A stretch of DNA of 64,000 nucleotides from an uncultured bacterium (GCA_965372535.1 CBDVCR010000001.1:11290-75289), one strand, 5' to 3'; shown: positions 29,196 through 39,323, numbered from the stretch's first letter. Numbers and translations are program-made. Notes: generated from the letters alone by a model not told the origin.

Positions 29196-29989
29196 TGCGT
29201 AAAGACGCTATCCGGCTCGAAGAGGAACGGCTGAGGGGTATTAACGATATCCGGGAATATCCGAGCTTGCATGAGAGGCACAGGATATTTCCCGGTATTC
29301 TTGAACTGCGGAGCCACGGTAGAATACTCGACATAGCCGCGGGAGTGGGCGTGGTGGGGAAGAGAATTCAGGAACATTACCACGGTGAGCTGTTATGTAA
29401 CGATATCTGCCCGACATGTGTGAGGACCATGCAAAAAAGCGGTCTTCAAACGGTGTCTTTTGACATCGACGACAGTGAAAAGCCATATCCGTTCCCTGAC
29501 GGTCATTTCAACGCGATTATCGCACTCGCTTCCATTGAGCACTTAATCCACGTGGACCATTTTTTGAAAGAGATTTACCGCCTGCTGGACGATGGCGGAT
29601 GCCTGTACCTTTCCGCTCCCAACTATTCGGGTCTGTCATACCTGATGCCTTTTTTGCTGACGGGCAAGACGTTTCATGACCCCTTTGGCGAGTCTTCGCG
29701 TTACGAGTTTTACGCTCATGTCAGGTATTTCACATATCGGACGCTCCTTGAGTTTGTGAGTTCGTTTGGATTCGCTGCGGACACCGTCTATCTTGCCGTG
29801 CCGGAAGGCAGTTCGCGTTTCAAGAAATTGAAATCGAACTCAAAGACGAAGGCATTAACTTTTAAGTATGTCATGAAATATATTTATAAGTTCTTTTCTC
29901 CCCGATGGGCGGCTGAGCCGGTAGTCTGTTTCAGGAAATCCGGCGATAGCCGGAAAGTAAATTTCAAACCAAAGAAAATTGTCCTTTAA
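29195..29989 (+). CDS. class I SAM-dependent methyltransferase
   Basis: Motif I ILDIAAGVGVVG; the ATG overlaps the upstream stop. Confidence 0.75.
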   Translation: MRKDAIRLEEERLRGINDIREYPSLHERHRIFPGILELRSHGRILDIAAGVGVVGKRIQEHYHGELLCNDICPTCVRTMQKSGLQTVSFDIDDSEKPYPFPDGHFNAIIALASIEHLIHVDHFLKEIYRLLDDGGCLYLSAPNYSGLSYLMPFLLTGKTFHDPFGESSRYEFYAHVRYFTYRTLLEFVSSFGFAADTVYLAVPEGSSRFKKLKSNSKTKALTFKYVMKYIYKFFSPRWAAEPVVCFRKSGDSRKVNFKPKKIVL

Positions 29990-29997
29990 GTTCTTTA

Positions 29998-31059
29998 ATG
30001 TCGAGGAGAGTCCCGGTGCAAAAAAAAATCTGGATTGACCTTGATAACTCGCCGCATGTGCCGTTTTTCAAGCCGATCATTGATGAATTGGACAGAAGGG
30101 GTTTCACGATTATTCTGACTGCTCGTGACTGTTTCCAGGTGTGCGGTCTTGCAAATTATTATAAGCTGCGCTACAAACGAATAGGGCGACACTATGGAAA
30201 AAACAAGTTTCTCAAGGTGTTTGGCCTGCTGTTAAGGACTGTGCAGCTTACGCCTGCTGTCTGGAGTGAAAAACCGGACCTGGCGGTGTCTCATGGGTCA
30301 AGAGCCCAGTTGACCCTCGCAAAATTACTGAAAATACCTTCGATAGTGATAACCGATTATGAACACGCCAAGGCGCTTATTAAATTCATTTCCCCGTCGT
30401 GGGTAATAATGCCCGAGGTGATTCGAGATGATGAATTCAATCTCGACAAGGCAAGGGTTCTCAAATATCCAGGCATCAAGGAAGATGTCTATGTCCCCGG
30501 CTTCAGACCGTCTTATAACATACTGGATGAACTGGGGATCAAAGAGAGCGACATAGTGGTCACCATCCGCCCGCCGGCGGCAGAGGCACATTACCGCAGT
30601 CCCCAGAGCGAAGAGCTGTTCAGGGCGGTAATGGAGTTTTTATGCGAAAAGGAATGCGTCCGGCTTGTCATCTTGCCGAGAAACGAAAAACAGGCCGCTC
30701 GATTAAAGAAAATTTGGCCGTCTCTGTTTGCTGAAAGGAAAATCATTATACCGAATCATGTGGTCGACGGGCTCAATTTAATATGGCATTCGGACCTTGT
30801 CATCAGCGGAGGCGGCACCATGAACAGGGAGGCCGCGGCATTGGGCGTTCCGGTATACAGCATCTTCAGGGGAAAAATCGGAGCTGTTGACCGGCATCTG
30901 GCTGACATTGGACGTCTTACGCTTCTGGAAAACGTGGAGGACGTCAGGGCGCAAATAAAATTGTTAAAGCATCATCGACCGAACAAGCTCAATGTTTGTG
31001 GCGTCACGCTAAAAAGCATCGTAGATAGTATTGATGAAGTGATGGCATTCAGGTCATAA
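29998..31059 (+). CDS. DUF354-family protein (GT-B / epimerase-like fold)
   Basis: N-terminus KIWIDLDNSPHVPFFKPIIDELDRRGFTIILTARD is typical of DUF354. Confidence 0.6.
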   Translation: MSRRVPVQKKIWIDLDNSPHVPFFKPIIDELDRRGFTIILTARDCFQVCGLANYYKLRYKRIGRHYGKNKFLKVFGLLLRTVQLTPAVWSEKPDLAVSHGSRAQLTLAKLLKIPSIVITDYEHAKALIKFISPSWVIMPEVIRDDEFNLDKARVLKYPGIKEDVYVPGFRPSYNILDELGIKESDIVVTIRPPAAEAHYRSPQSEELFRAVMEFLCEKECVRLVILPRNEKQAARLKKIWPSLFAERKIIIPNHVVDGLNLIWHSDLVISGGGTMNREAAALGVPVYSIFRGKIGAVDRHLADIGRLTLLENVEDVRAQIKLLKHHRPNKLNVCGVTLKSIVDSIDEVMAFRS

Positions 31060-31257
31060 GTGGCGGAATATACTTGTAAAGGCATAATTGGCCCAATGAA
31101 ATGGGATGTTCATATAATTCAGGAAAGTTTTTTTCGATGTAAAAATATGGACTTTACCGGACAGCATGCCAGGGGAAAAGCTAACTTATTGAAAATAAAG
31201 AGATTATTTCTCTCACCACTGAGCGGATTAAAAAATTGAAAACTTAACCGGACAGTA

Positions 31258-32568
31258 ATGAGATTACAAATGGATCCTAAACGGAAAGCGAATATCTCTT
31301 TTGCTCTTTGGGTGCCTTTTATCTGGTACGCGTTTGCTGTATCGCAAAGTCCCAGCCATTGGTTAAATCAATTTGGCGATAGTATAAGGGCGAGTTACCT
31401 GGGAGGTAACCCTGTCGAGAGAACTGTATATAGTATTTTTATAGCTATAGGAATATTAATACTTTTAAGAAGAAAAGTAGACTGGTCCCATCTGCTAAGA
31501 AATAATACATGGATTTTTGTATTGTTCCTTTATATGGCAATCAGTATACTCTGGTCCGATTTTAGAGGGGTATCCTTCAAAAGATGGATAAAAACAGCCG
31601 GTGCTCTTGTGATGGTTCTGATAGTCCTTTCAGAGTCCAAACCTTTCGAGGCAATGACAACACTGTTAAGGAGGTGCTTCTATCTTTACCTTCCGCTGTC
31701 GATCATATCTATCAAATATTTTCCAGCTATTGGTGTAACTAAAGATGGGCTGTCTGAAATGTGGAAAGGGTTGACATTACATAAAAACACTCTTGGTCAA
31801 GTGGTTATGGTCAGTGGGATCTACTTCCTATGGAATATTATGAGGGCCGGGAAAAGAAAAAAAATATACATTGACCTTTCTTATTTATTAATGGCACTGT
31901 GGTTGCTAACCGGCTCTCGTAGCGTTACATCAATATTCGGGTTTTTGTTCGGTGTCTGCATATTATTCATGCTTCACTTTATGAAATCAAATCCGAAATA
32001 CATGGGGAGGCACATTATAATAGGTATTTTTTTCATTGCTTTTTCCTTCTTGATTTTTGAACTTGCGGTAGAATCATTTGCCCAGGAAACATTACTAACA
32101 CTCGCTCTTGAGAGGTCAGGACGTGATATGACATTTACCGGAAGAATACGCCTTTGGAATGACATTATAGACATTGCATCCCTTCATTCAATATTGGGAA
32201 CCGGATATGGTAGTTTCTGGATCGGAGACCTGACACATGATTTATGGGAAAGACACCGCTGGAGGCCGGGACAGGGACATAATGGCTATATAGATGTCTA
32301 TGTTGAACTTGGTTTTGTAGGCGTATTTTTACTTATAGCTGTAATATTGTCTGCATATAGAAGTACAATGAGAAATTTTGCGGTTAATTTTGAATATGGG
32401 AGATTTCGCATGGTACTTCTCTCAATAATCTTATTGTGCAATATCACCGAATCAAACTTTCTAAACGGAACAAATAATTTGTGTTTTCTTTTTCTTCTTG
32501 CCGCAGTGAATATCTCAGATATTTCTCACTCTCATCATAAAAACATAGAAGATAAGCATAAGACTTAA
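31258..32568 (+). CDS. O-antigen ligase/polymerase-family polytopic membrane protein (Wzy-like)
   Basis: About 10-12 transmembrane helices with a large loop containing ..GHNGYIDVYVELG.. Confidence 0.7.
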   Translation: MRLQMDPKRKANISFALWVPFIWYAFAVSQSPSHWLNQFGDSIRASYLGGNPVERTVYSIFIAIGILILLRRKVDWSHLLRNNTWIFVLFLYMAISILWSDFRGVSFKRWIKTAGALVMVLIVLSESKPFEAMTTLLRRCFYLYLPLSIISIKYFPAIGVTKDGLSEMWKGLTLHKNTLGQVVMVSGIYFLWNIMRAGKRKKIYIDLSYLLMALWLLTGSRSVTSIFGFLFGVCILFMLHFMKSNPKYMGRHIIIGIFFIAFSFLIFELAVESFAQETLLTLALERSGRDMTFTGRIRLWNDIIDIASLHSILGTGYGSFWIGDLTHDLWERHRWRPGQGHNGYIDVYVELGFVGVFLLIAVILSAYRSTMRNFAVNFEYGRFRMVLLSIILLCNITESNFLNGTNNLCFLFLLAAVNISDISHSHHKNIEDKHKT

Positions 32569-32629
32569 TAAGAAATAATCAACAGATTATCTGCATTTGA
32601 AAGAAATTCTATCAAATAGGGAAAAGCAT

Positions 32630-33538
32630 ATGGGAAACTGTCATATTTGTGTATGCATTTGTACATATAAGAGACAGCAGTATTTAGAGTTTTTATTAAA
32701 AAGGCTCCAAGATCAAAGGACTGATAGGTTATTTACCTACTCCATAATCGTAGTTGACAATGACCATGAGATGTCCGCAAAAAGTATTGTTAACGATATG
32801 AAGAAAAAATCCTCAATTGCCATAGATTATTACGTAGAGCCTGAAAAGAATATCGCCCTCGCAAGGAATAAGGCTATCCAGAATGCAAATAGTGATTTTG
32901 TGGCTTTTATTGATGATGATGAGTTTCCTGTTGATGAATGGCTCTTGTATCTATACAAAACATATAATTTTTACAAGGCCGATGGTGTTCTTGGACCAGT
33001 AATGCCACATTTTGAGGAAAGACCTCCTGAATGGATACAAAAGGGCAAATTCTGTGAAAGGCCAGCTTATGAAACAGGAACGGTAATGCATTGGAGAAAT
33101 ACTCGTACAGGTAATGTTCTGCTCAGCAAGAATATTTTTAAAGATGGAGACAATGTATTTAATCCTGCGTTCAAAGTCGGGGGTGAAGATGTCTATTTTT
33201 TCAAGGAAATGATTGATAAAGGATATGTTTTTATTTGGTGCAATGATGCCAATGTATATGAAATGGTCCCGCCTACTCGTTGTAAAAAAAGCTATTTTTT
33301 GCGAAGGGCATTCCTCTCGGGAAACGTATCATTAAATTATTTTAAAAAGAATTTACAAAATAAAGCCTATATTCTGATAAAGTCTGTAACCGCATTTAGC
33401 ATATATACTCTCATTTTACCTTTCACATATTTTTTCGGAATTCATATTTTTTTAAAGTATTTAATTAAAGACATAAATCATATTAGCCGTCTTTTGGCTT
33501 TATTTGGAATAGTACGTGTTAAAAAGAGAAATCTTTAG
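32630..33538 (+). CDS. family 2 glycosyltransferase
   Basis: ICVCICTYKR..IIVVDND..FIDDDE (DxD motif). Confidence 0.85.
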   Translation: MGNCHICVCICTYKRQQYLEFLLKRLQDQRTDRLFTYSIIVVDNDHEMSAKSIVNDMKKKSSIAIDYYVEPEKNIALARNKAIQNANSDFVAFIDDDEFPVDEWLLYLYKTYNFYKADGVLGPVMPHFEERPPEWIQKGKFCERPAYETGTVMHWRNTRTGNVLLSKNIFKDGDNVFNPAFKVGGEDVYFFKEMIDKGYVFIWCNDANVYEMVPPTRCKKSYFLRRAFLSGNVSLNYFKKNLQNKAYILIKSVTAFSIYTLILPFTYFFGIHIFLKYLIKDINHISRLLALFGIVRVKKRNL

Positions 33539-33599
33539 ATAATATTCTTACCTTGAAAAAGAATATATTGTTTGAATAAATTGATCTGAAAGGAGCATT

Positions 33600-34727
33600 T
33601 TGCCTGTGAATAAGTTATTGATCATATCCAATCGGGTAATGCATTATAGGGTTTCTGTTTACAATTATATTTCTCGGAGGTTTAAACAACATGGCTGGGA
33701 ATTCATTGTTAGAAGCAACGAACTTCAAAAGCAAAACCCCCACCCCTTGGAATTCGATTTCAAGGAAATTGAATTCAAATTTAATAGATATAAAAGGGAA
33801 ATCGAAGAGATCAAGCCGGATGTTGTAATAATTTACTTGCGTCTTAAGGACTTTATTGTCTGGCCATTAGTTCATTGGCTGAAGTTGAAAAAGATACCCA
33901 TTGTTTATTGGACTATAGGTATTAATCTTTACGACTCGGATAATAAGTTTAGACATCTATTTTTCAATCATATTCACAGCATATGTGACGGCATAATTCT
34001 GTATTCAAAACATGAAATTAAATATATCAAGGGGAAAAATAGAAACAAAATATCAATTGCAAATAATACTTTAAATTTTGAAGACTTTCCTGAAATAAAT
34101 ATATCTAAAGAACAGATAAAGGAAGAGCTTGGCATTCCTTTTGAGAAAGTTGTTCTCTCTGTGGGCAGGATGGGTGTCGAAAATCAGAGAAAAAAGGTTC
34201 ATCATTTAATCGAGATATTTAATGGTATAACAATGAAGGGAACTGGCCTTGTTATAGTTGGATCTGGAGTAAACAATGATCTGTTGAAGAAAATGAATAA
34301 AGATAATACAATTTATCTTGGAGAAATACACGATCATCATCTAATAAGCAAAATATTTAAAATGGCTGATATATATTCGATACCTGGCAATGTTGGCTTG
34401 AGTTTAAACCAGGCATTTTATTGGGGGTTGCCGGTAATTACCGCGAATGGATTCCAAGGTCCGGAATTTTATTACCTGATCAATGGATACAATGGATTCG
34501 TTGTTCCGAATAATGATCTATCAGAACTCAAGAAAAAGATACTGCATTTATTGAAAAATGATGATATCAGACTGGAATTCTCTAAAAACGCAAGAGATTA
34601 TATCCTGGAAAACGCATCTGTTAGTAATATGTTCATGGGTTTCAAGAACTGTGTAGATTCTTTATTTGCTCATCGCGTTAAGGAAAAAAGAATCTTCAAT
34701 CGAGGAAAGTTATCAATTAAGAGTTAA
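33600..34727 (+). CDS. family 4 (GT-B) glycosyltransferase
   Basis: The C-terminal half matches the Glycos_transf_1 pattern (..GRMGVENQRKKVHHLI.., ..E..G L.LNQAF..GLPVI). Confidence 0.8.
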   Translation: MPVNKLLIISNRVMHYRVSVYNYISRRFKQHGWEFIVRSNELQKQNPHPLEFDFKEIEFKFNRYKREIEEIKPDVVIIYLRLKDFIVWPLVHWLKLKKIPIVYWTIGINLYDSDNKFRHLFFNHIHSICDGIILYSKHEIKYIKGKNRNKISIANNTLNFEDFPEINISKEQIKEELGIPFEKVVLSVGRMGVENQRKKVHHLIEIFNGITMKGTGLVIVGSGVNNDLLKKMNKDNTIYLGEIHDHHLISKIFKMADIYSIPGNVGLSLNQAFYWGLPVITANGFQGPEFYYLINGYNGFVVPNNDLSELKKKILHLLKNDDIRLEFSKNARDYILENASVSNMFMGFKNCVDSLFAHRVKEKRIFNRGKLSIKS

Positions 34728-34830
34728 ATGATGAGTGTGATTTGTATCACGTTTTTTTTTATGGTTTTCCTTTAATTTATTAATATAGCAGATTTAATCT
34801 GCTCTGAATGCAAAGTGCAGAGGAGAAGAT

Positions 34831-35973
34831 ATGAAACACCTGACATTTCTTTTAGTGATAATATGCTTATTTATCGGAGGTGGGAAAACCTATGCAGGTG
34901 TTATCCAGGCTGCAAGTACATCCCGGGCAGACATCCAGGCGGCTATAAACTCTGCAAGTGACGGTGACATTGTAGTAGTTCCGGCAGGTATTTCTACATG
35001 GACCAGCAGGGTTACCATATCCGCTCAAATTACTCTACAGGGTGCGGGGCAGAGGAAAACTGTTATTACAAAGACGGGTGGGGATTACGCATTATATGCA
35101 AACGGAGTTGATAACTTGAGGATTACGGGATTCACGATAAGGGGTGGCAACTATTCGTCAAATGGCATCAATCTTGCTGGAAACCCAAAAGGCTTCCGCA
35201 TTGATAATAATAAGTTTACTCAATGTACCGGAAGCGCAGTTCAGATACGGGGCTATGCGAAGGGAGTAATTGACCACAACAATTTTATTGATAATCAAAA
35301 ATATGATGTTGTTATATATGGTGATAATGATGCGGGATGGCAGAGGCCGATAAATTTAGGAACAGACGAAGCTGTTTATGTCGAGGACAACTATTTTGAA
35401 CATACTAATACCCCAAGCAATGCACATTCCATAGCATCTAACCACGGTTCACGTTATGTCTTCAGGTACAATACAATTAATGACAACGGCAGTCTTAACA
35501 CGGTTCCAATCGACGCTCATGGAAATTGCTACTATGGGCGGGGAAGTGTTAGTTATGAGATTTATAATAACACTATAAATTCAGAGCATAGTTATAATGG
35601 AATGGGCATCAGGGGGGGGACAGGCGTCATATTTGGCAATACCTACATTGGCGACTTCACTAATCCGATTTATTTGACTAATTATCGGTCATGGAAAACT
35701 AATTGTTCTACGGGCGGTATAGTCTCTGCATACCCTGCTCCTGACCAAATTAATAACCTCTATATTTGGGGTAATATATACAATGAACAACCGCTAACAT
35801 CAGTTACCATAGCTTCAAGCGGTTACGCTTTTGACCATATTCAGGAAGATAGGGATTATTATTCTGAAAGACCTAGTTATACGCCATATGTATATCCACA
35901 TCCACTTACCGGTGGTGCTGATACTACTAGTCCATCTCCACCATCAAACCTGAGGATTGTGCAGTTGCAGTAG
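34831..35973 (+). CDS. secreted right-handed parallel beta-helix protein (pectate-lyase-fold; possible EPS lyase/modifier)
   Basis: Signal peptide and repeated ..I.GN.F.. beta-helix rungs. Confidence 0.6.
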   Translation: MKHLTFLLVIICLFIGGGKTYAGVIQAASTSRADIQAAINSASDGDIVVVPAGISTWTSRVTISAQITLQGAGQRKTVITKTGGDYALYANGVDNLRITGFTIRGGNYSSNGINLAGNPKGFRIDNNKFTQCTGSAVQIRGYAKGVIDHNNFIDNQKYDVVIYGDNDAGWQRPINLGTDEAVYVEDNYFEHTNTPSNAHSIASNHGSRYVFRYNTINDNGSLNTVPIDAHGNCYYGRGSVSYEIYNNTINSEHSYNGMGIRGGTGVIFGNTYIGDFTNPIYLTNYRSWKTNCSTGGIVSAYPAPDQINNLYIWGNIYNEQPLTSVTIASSGYAFDHIQEDRDYYSERPSYTPYVYPHPLTGGADTTSPSPPSNLRIVQLQ

Positions 35974-36130
35974 GCATAAGGTTTTCTCACTTGTCCTTCG
36001 GAGAAACCCGCAATAGATGCGTGCTTTTAAAAAAAGCAATATGGCTTGACGCGCCGTGCAAGCCCTCCTGAAAGCTATCAGACGATTGATCCCTTGAAAA
36101 TTCCCGCAGCCAGGCCTCGGCGTCCTGATA

Positions 36131-37606
36131 ATGGATACAACTTTTCAAGCTCAAAGCCTTTCCCGGAGAGTGATCATAAGCGGTTTCTGGGTGTTGGCGA
36201 TCAGGATGACCCACCAGGCTTTCAAGTTGGTCAGGCTGTTGATCCTTGCCCGCATCCTTGCCCCTAACGATTTCGGACTGCTCGGGATTGCCTTGTTGAC
36301 ATTAGGCGCAGTGGAAACATTCTCCAAGACGGGATTCGAAGCCGCCTTAATCCAGAGAAAAGATGATATAAGAAGCTATCTTGACAGCGCGTGGACTATC
36401 CTGGTTTTAAGGGGGGTTATCCTATTCGTGATCCTCTACTTGATTGCTCCTCATGTGGCTGTCTTCTTCGATACCCCGGAGGCAAAGCCTATCATTCGGG
36501 TTATAGGGTATTCAATCCTCTTTAAAGGTTTTACCAATATAGGGATAATATATTTTCAGAAGGACCTAGAGTTCAATAAGCAGTTCATCTATCGATTCAG
36601 TGGCACATTGGCAGATTTTATCGTCGCCGTTTCCGCAGCATTGATATTAAGAAACGCCTGGGCTCTCGTTGTCGGCCTGCTTGCGGGCAATCTAGTGGAA
36701 TTTCTTATGAGCTACATAATCCATCCTTACAGGCCCCGCCTGAGTTCTGATTTCAAAAAGGCAAAGGATCTGTGGGGCTTCGGGAGATGGGTATTAGGGT
36801 CGAGCATGCTGATATTCCTGGTCAACCAGGGCAACGATATCATGGTCGGAAAGGTACTGGGTGCGACCGCGCTTGGTTTTTATTTAATGGCGTACAGGAT
36901 TTCAACCATGCCTTCCGCGGAGATAAGCCATATGATTTCGCAGGTGATATTTCCGGCATACTCCAAGCTGCAAAACGACATGCCGAGGTTAAGAGAGGCA
37001 TTCCTGAAAGTAACTCAACTTACGGCATTTTTGTCTTTTCCCATAGCAGGTCTGATAGTTGTTCTGGCACCGGACTTTGCCAGGATATTTTTAGGAGAAA
37101 AGTGGTTGGCAATAGTGCCAGCGATGCAGGTATTGGCATGCGCCGGGCCGATGCGATCAATAGCCGCCACATTCGGTTACATGTTTTACGCCATAGGGAG
37201 GCCAAAAACGGACACCGCCATGCAGATACTCCGCCTGTCGATATTGTCCGCCTTGATTTTGCCCTTTACCTTGAAGTGGAACATCCTGGGAACTTCAATA
37301 GTGGTTCTCTTGAACATATCCATCCCGGTTATCGTGTTTAGCCTGATAAGCATTAACATCACTAAATGCGGGATCAAAAAATATGCTAACAATTTCCTGC
37401 TGCCGTTGATAAACATGATCATAGTGGTGCTGCTCGTGCAGGGACTGAAAACCTTTGTCACTGTCGGGGCAGGAGAGTTTGTGGCGTTGGCGTGCACAGG
37501 CATTTTCTCTTACCTCTTGCTGACTTACTATCTGGACAGTTTTTTTAAATTCGGAATAAGCCCCTTGATAAGGGAACGCGTGTTCGCCAGTATAGTCAAG
37601 AGATGA
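36131..37606 (+). CDS. polysaccharide flippase (Wzx, MOP superfamily)
   Basis: About 12-14 transmembrane helices with the typical N-terminal R/K-rich helix. Confidence 0.8.
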   Translation: MDTTFQAQSLSRRVIISGFWVLAIRMTHQAFKLVRLLILARILAPNDFGLLGIALLTLGAVETFSKTGFEAALIQRKDDIRSYLDSAWTILVLRGVILFVILYLIAPHVAVFFDTPEAKPIIRVIGYSILFKGFTNIGIIYFQKDLEFNKQFIYRFSGTLADFIVAVSAALILRNAWALVVGLLAGNLVEFLMSYIIHPYRPRLSSDFKKAKDLWGFGRWVLGSSMLIFLVNQGNDIMVGKVLGATALGFYLMAYRISTMPSAEISHMISQVIFPAYSKLQNDMPRLREAFLKVTQLTAFLSFPIAGLIVVLAPDFARIFLGEKWLAIVPAMQVLACAGPMRSIAATFGYMFYAIGRPKTDTAMQILRLSILSALILPFTLKWNILGTSIVVLLNISIPVIVFSLISINITKCGIKKYANNFLLPLINMIIVVLLVQGLKTFVTVGAGEFVALACTGIFSYLLLTYYLDSFFKFGISPLIRERVFASIVKR

Positions 37607-37727
37607 AGAAAGAGCTGCCGGTCCAAAACAGTCAGTTAATCAAAATATCCTTAACCCTATAAAGGTCACTTCATGAAAAAGTCTTTTTTGGCATGTGCAA
37701 TGCCGGATAAACAAAGAGGTGACGAAC

Positions 37728-37913
37728 ATGAAAAACAACGATCTCTGCATAAAGATCCGTGACAAGAAAGCCTGAATCGGCGTTATTGGCTTGGGATACG
37801 TCGAACGTCTGCTTGTTATCCATTTCTGCAAGGCGGGGGTTCTGGGTAATAGGCTTCGACAATGACGAAGATAAGGCTTCTCGGGAAGGTAAAAGCTATA
37901 TCAAAACCCATTG
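37728..37913 (+). pseudogene. decayed N-terminal fragment of a second WbpA/WecC-like nucleotide-sugar dehydrogenase
   Basis: It reads MKNNDLCIKIRDKKA*IGVIGLGYVERLLVIHFCKAG, then a +1 shift in a G-run, then FWVIGFDNDEDKASREGKSYIKTH*. This parallels KARVGVIGLGYVGLPLVIQFCKAGFRVTGFDIDLEKIAMLKEGKSYIRHI of the intact gene at 2719. Confidence 0.7.
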
Positions 37914-37958
37914 ACAGTGCCCATGTTGCACAATGCGGCAAGACCGCATGAGGCCACT

Positions 37959-39131
37959 ATGAAAAAAATCTGCATTGTCGCCGGGGCGAGGCCCAATTTC
38001 ATGAAGGTCGCCCCCTTGATAAGGGAGCTGTCCCGGGTGCGGGAAATCGAGACGCTGATTGTCCATACCGGGCAGCACTACGACAGGGACATGTCGGAAA
38101 GTTTTTTCGATGACCTGGAAATTCCCAGGCCCCATTTGTTCCTTGGCGTTGGTTCCGGTTCACACGCTGAACAAACGGCCAAAATAATGATTTCTTTCGA
38201 GGAGGTTCTGCTTCAGAAAAAGCCGGAACTTGTCATTGTTGTCGGGGATGTCAACTCTACGTTGGCCTGCGCATTGGTAGCTGTAAAACATGGCATAAAA
38301 ATTGCGCATATTGAGGCGGGCTTAAGGAGTTTTGATAAATCCATGCCGGAGGAAATCAACAGGATTGTAACTGATGCGATTTCAGACTTTTTGTTTGTAA
38401 CGGAGGAAAGTGCGATATTGAACCTTAGTAGAGAAGGGGTTTCGAAAGGAAAAATCTTTTTTGTCGGAAACGTAATGATTGATACTTTATTGCAATATAG
38501 GGAAAAAGCGAGACACTCGGATATTTTAAATAAAATTGGATTAAACAGCGCCTCCAATAGTGTTTTGGATTATGCGGTTCTCACTTTGCACCGCCCGTCA
38601 AATGTGGACGACAGGGGGAAGTTTATGGAAATCATTGATGCGGTGAGAGAAATTTCCGAGGTGGTGCCAGTCGTTTTTCCTGCTCACCCAAGGACGATGA
38701 AACACATAAAGGACTTCGGATATGAGGAATATTTCAAAATCTCAGAAGATAGCCTGAGTTATAAAGTCGCCAAGAGGGGAATTTACTGTATCGGTCCTCT
38801 TGGATACCTGGACTTCCTCCATTTGACCTCTCTGGCAAAACTGGTCTTGACCGATTCAGGCGGAGTCCAGGAGGAAACGACCATTCTCGGTGTTCCATGT
38901 GTCACCATTAGGGAAAATACCGAAAGACCAATAACCGTTACACATGGGACAAACAGAATTGCAGGGACGGAAAAGCTGTCAATTATTAATGAGTGTTTTG
39001 ATGCGTTGCGTAACAGGAATGCTAAAACCGCTATCCCACCGCTATGGGACGGAAATGCGGCAAAGAGGGTGGTTGCCATTCTATTGGAGATATTTAATCA
39101 TTCTGATGGGAATATCCGTGAGATGGCTTAA
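37959..39131 (+). CDS. non-hydrolysing UDP-N-acetylglucosamine (or UDP-GlcNAc3NAcA) 2-epimerase (WecB/WbpI-like)
   Basis: The protein starts MKKICIVAGARPNFMKVAPL; the HTGQHYD and ..LTDSGGVQEE.. motifs are present. Confidence 0.9.
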   Translation: MKKICIVAGARPNFMKVAPLIRELSRVREIETLIVHTGQHYDRDMSESFFDDLEIPRPHLFLGVGSGSHAEQTAKIMISFEEVLLQKKPELVIVVGDVNSTLACALVAVKHGIKIAHIEAGLRSFDKSMPEEINRIVTDAISDFLFVTEESAILNLSREGVSKGKIFFVGNVMIDTLLQYREKARHSDILNKIGLNSASNSVLDYAVLTLHRPSNVDDRGKFMEIIDAVREISEVVPVVFPAHPRTMKHIKDFGYEEYFKISEDSLSYKVAKRGIYCIGPLGYLDFLHLTSLAKLVLTDSGGVQEETTILGVPCVTIRENTERPITVTHGTNRIAGTEKLSIINECFDALRNRNAKTAIPPLWDGNAAKRVVAILLEIFNHSDGNIREMA

Positions 39132-39323
39132 AAAGTCTATAAGGGGCCGGTTATCAAATTTGTTATTCGGATTACATCGAAACATGGTACTGTTTGAAAA
39201 AAAATCTTTTAAGACAAGCCGTTTTTGTTGAATGTACGGATCTTCAAGAAGCCCCCTCGGGACACCTGAAAAAGGCAAGTTCATCGTGTTGCTTTTAAAT
39301 CTTTTAGAGAAAGGAAAAAACAA

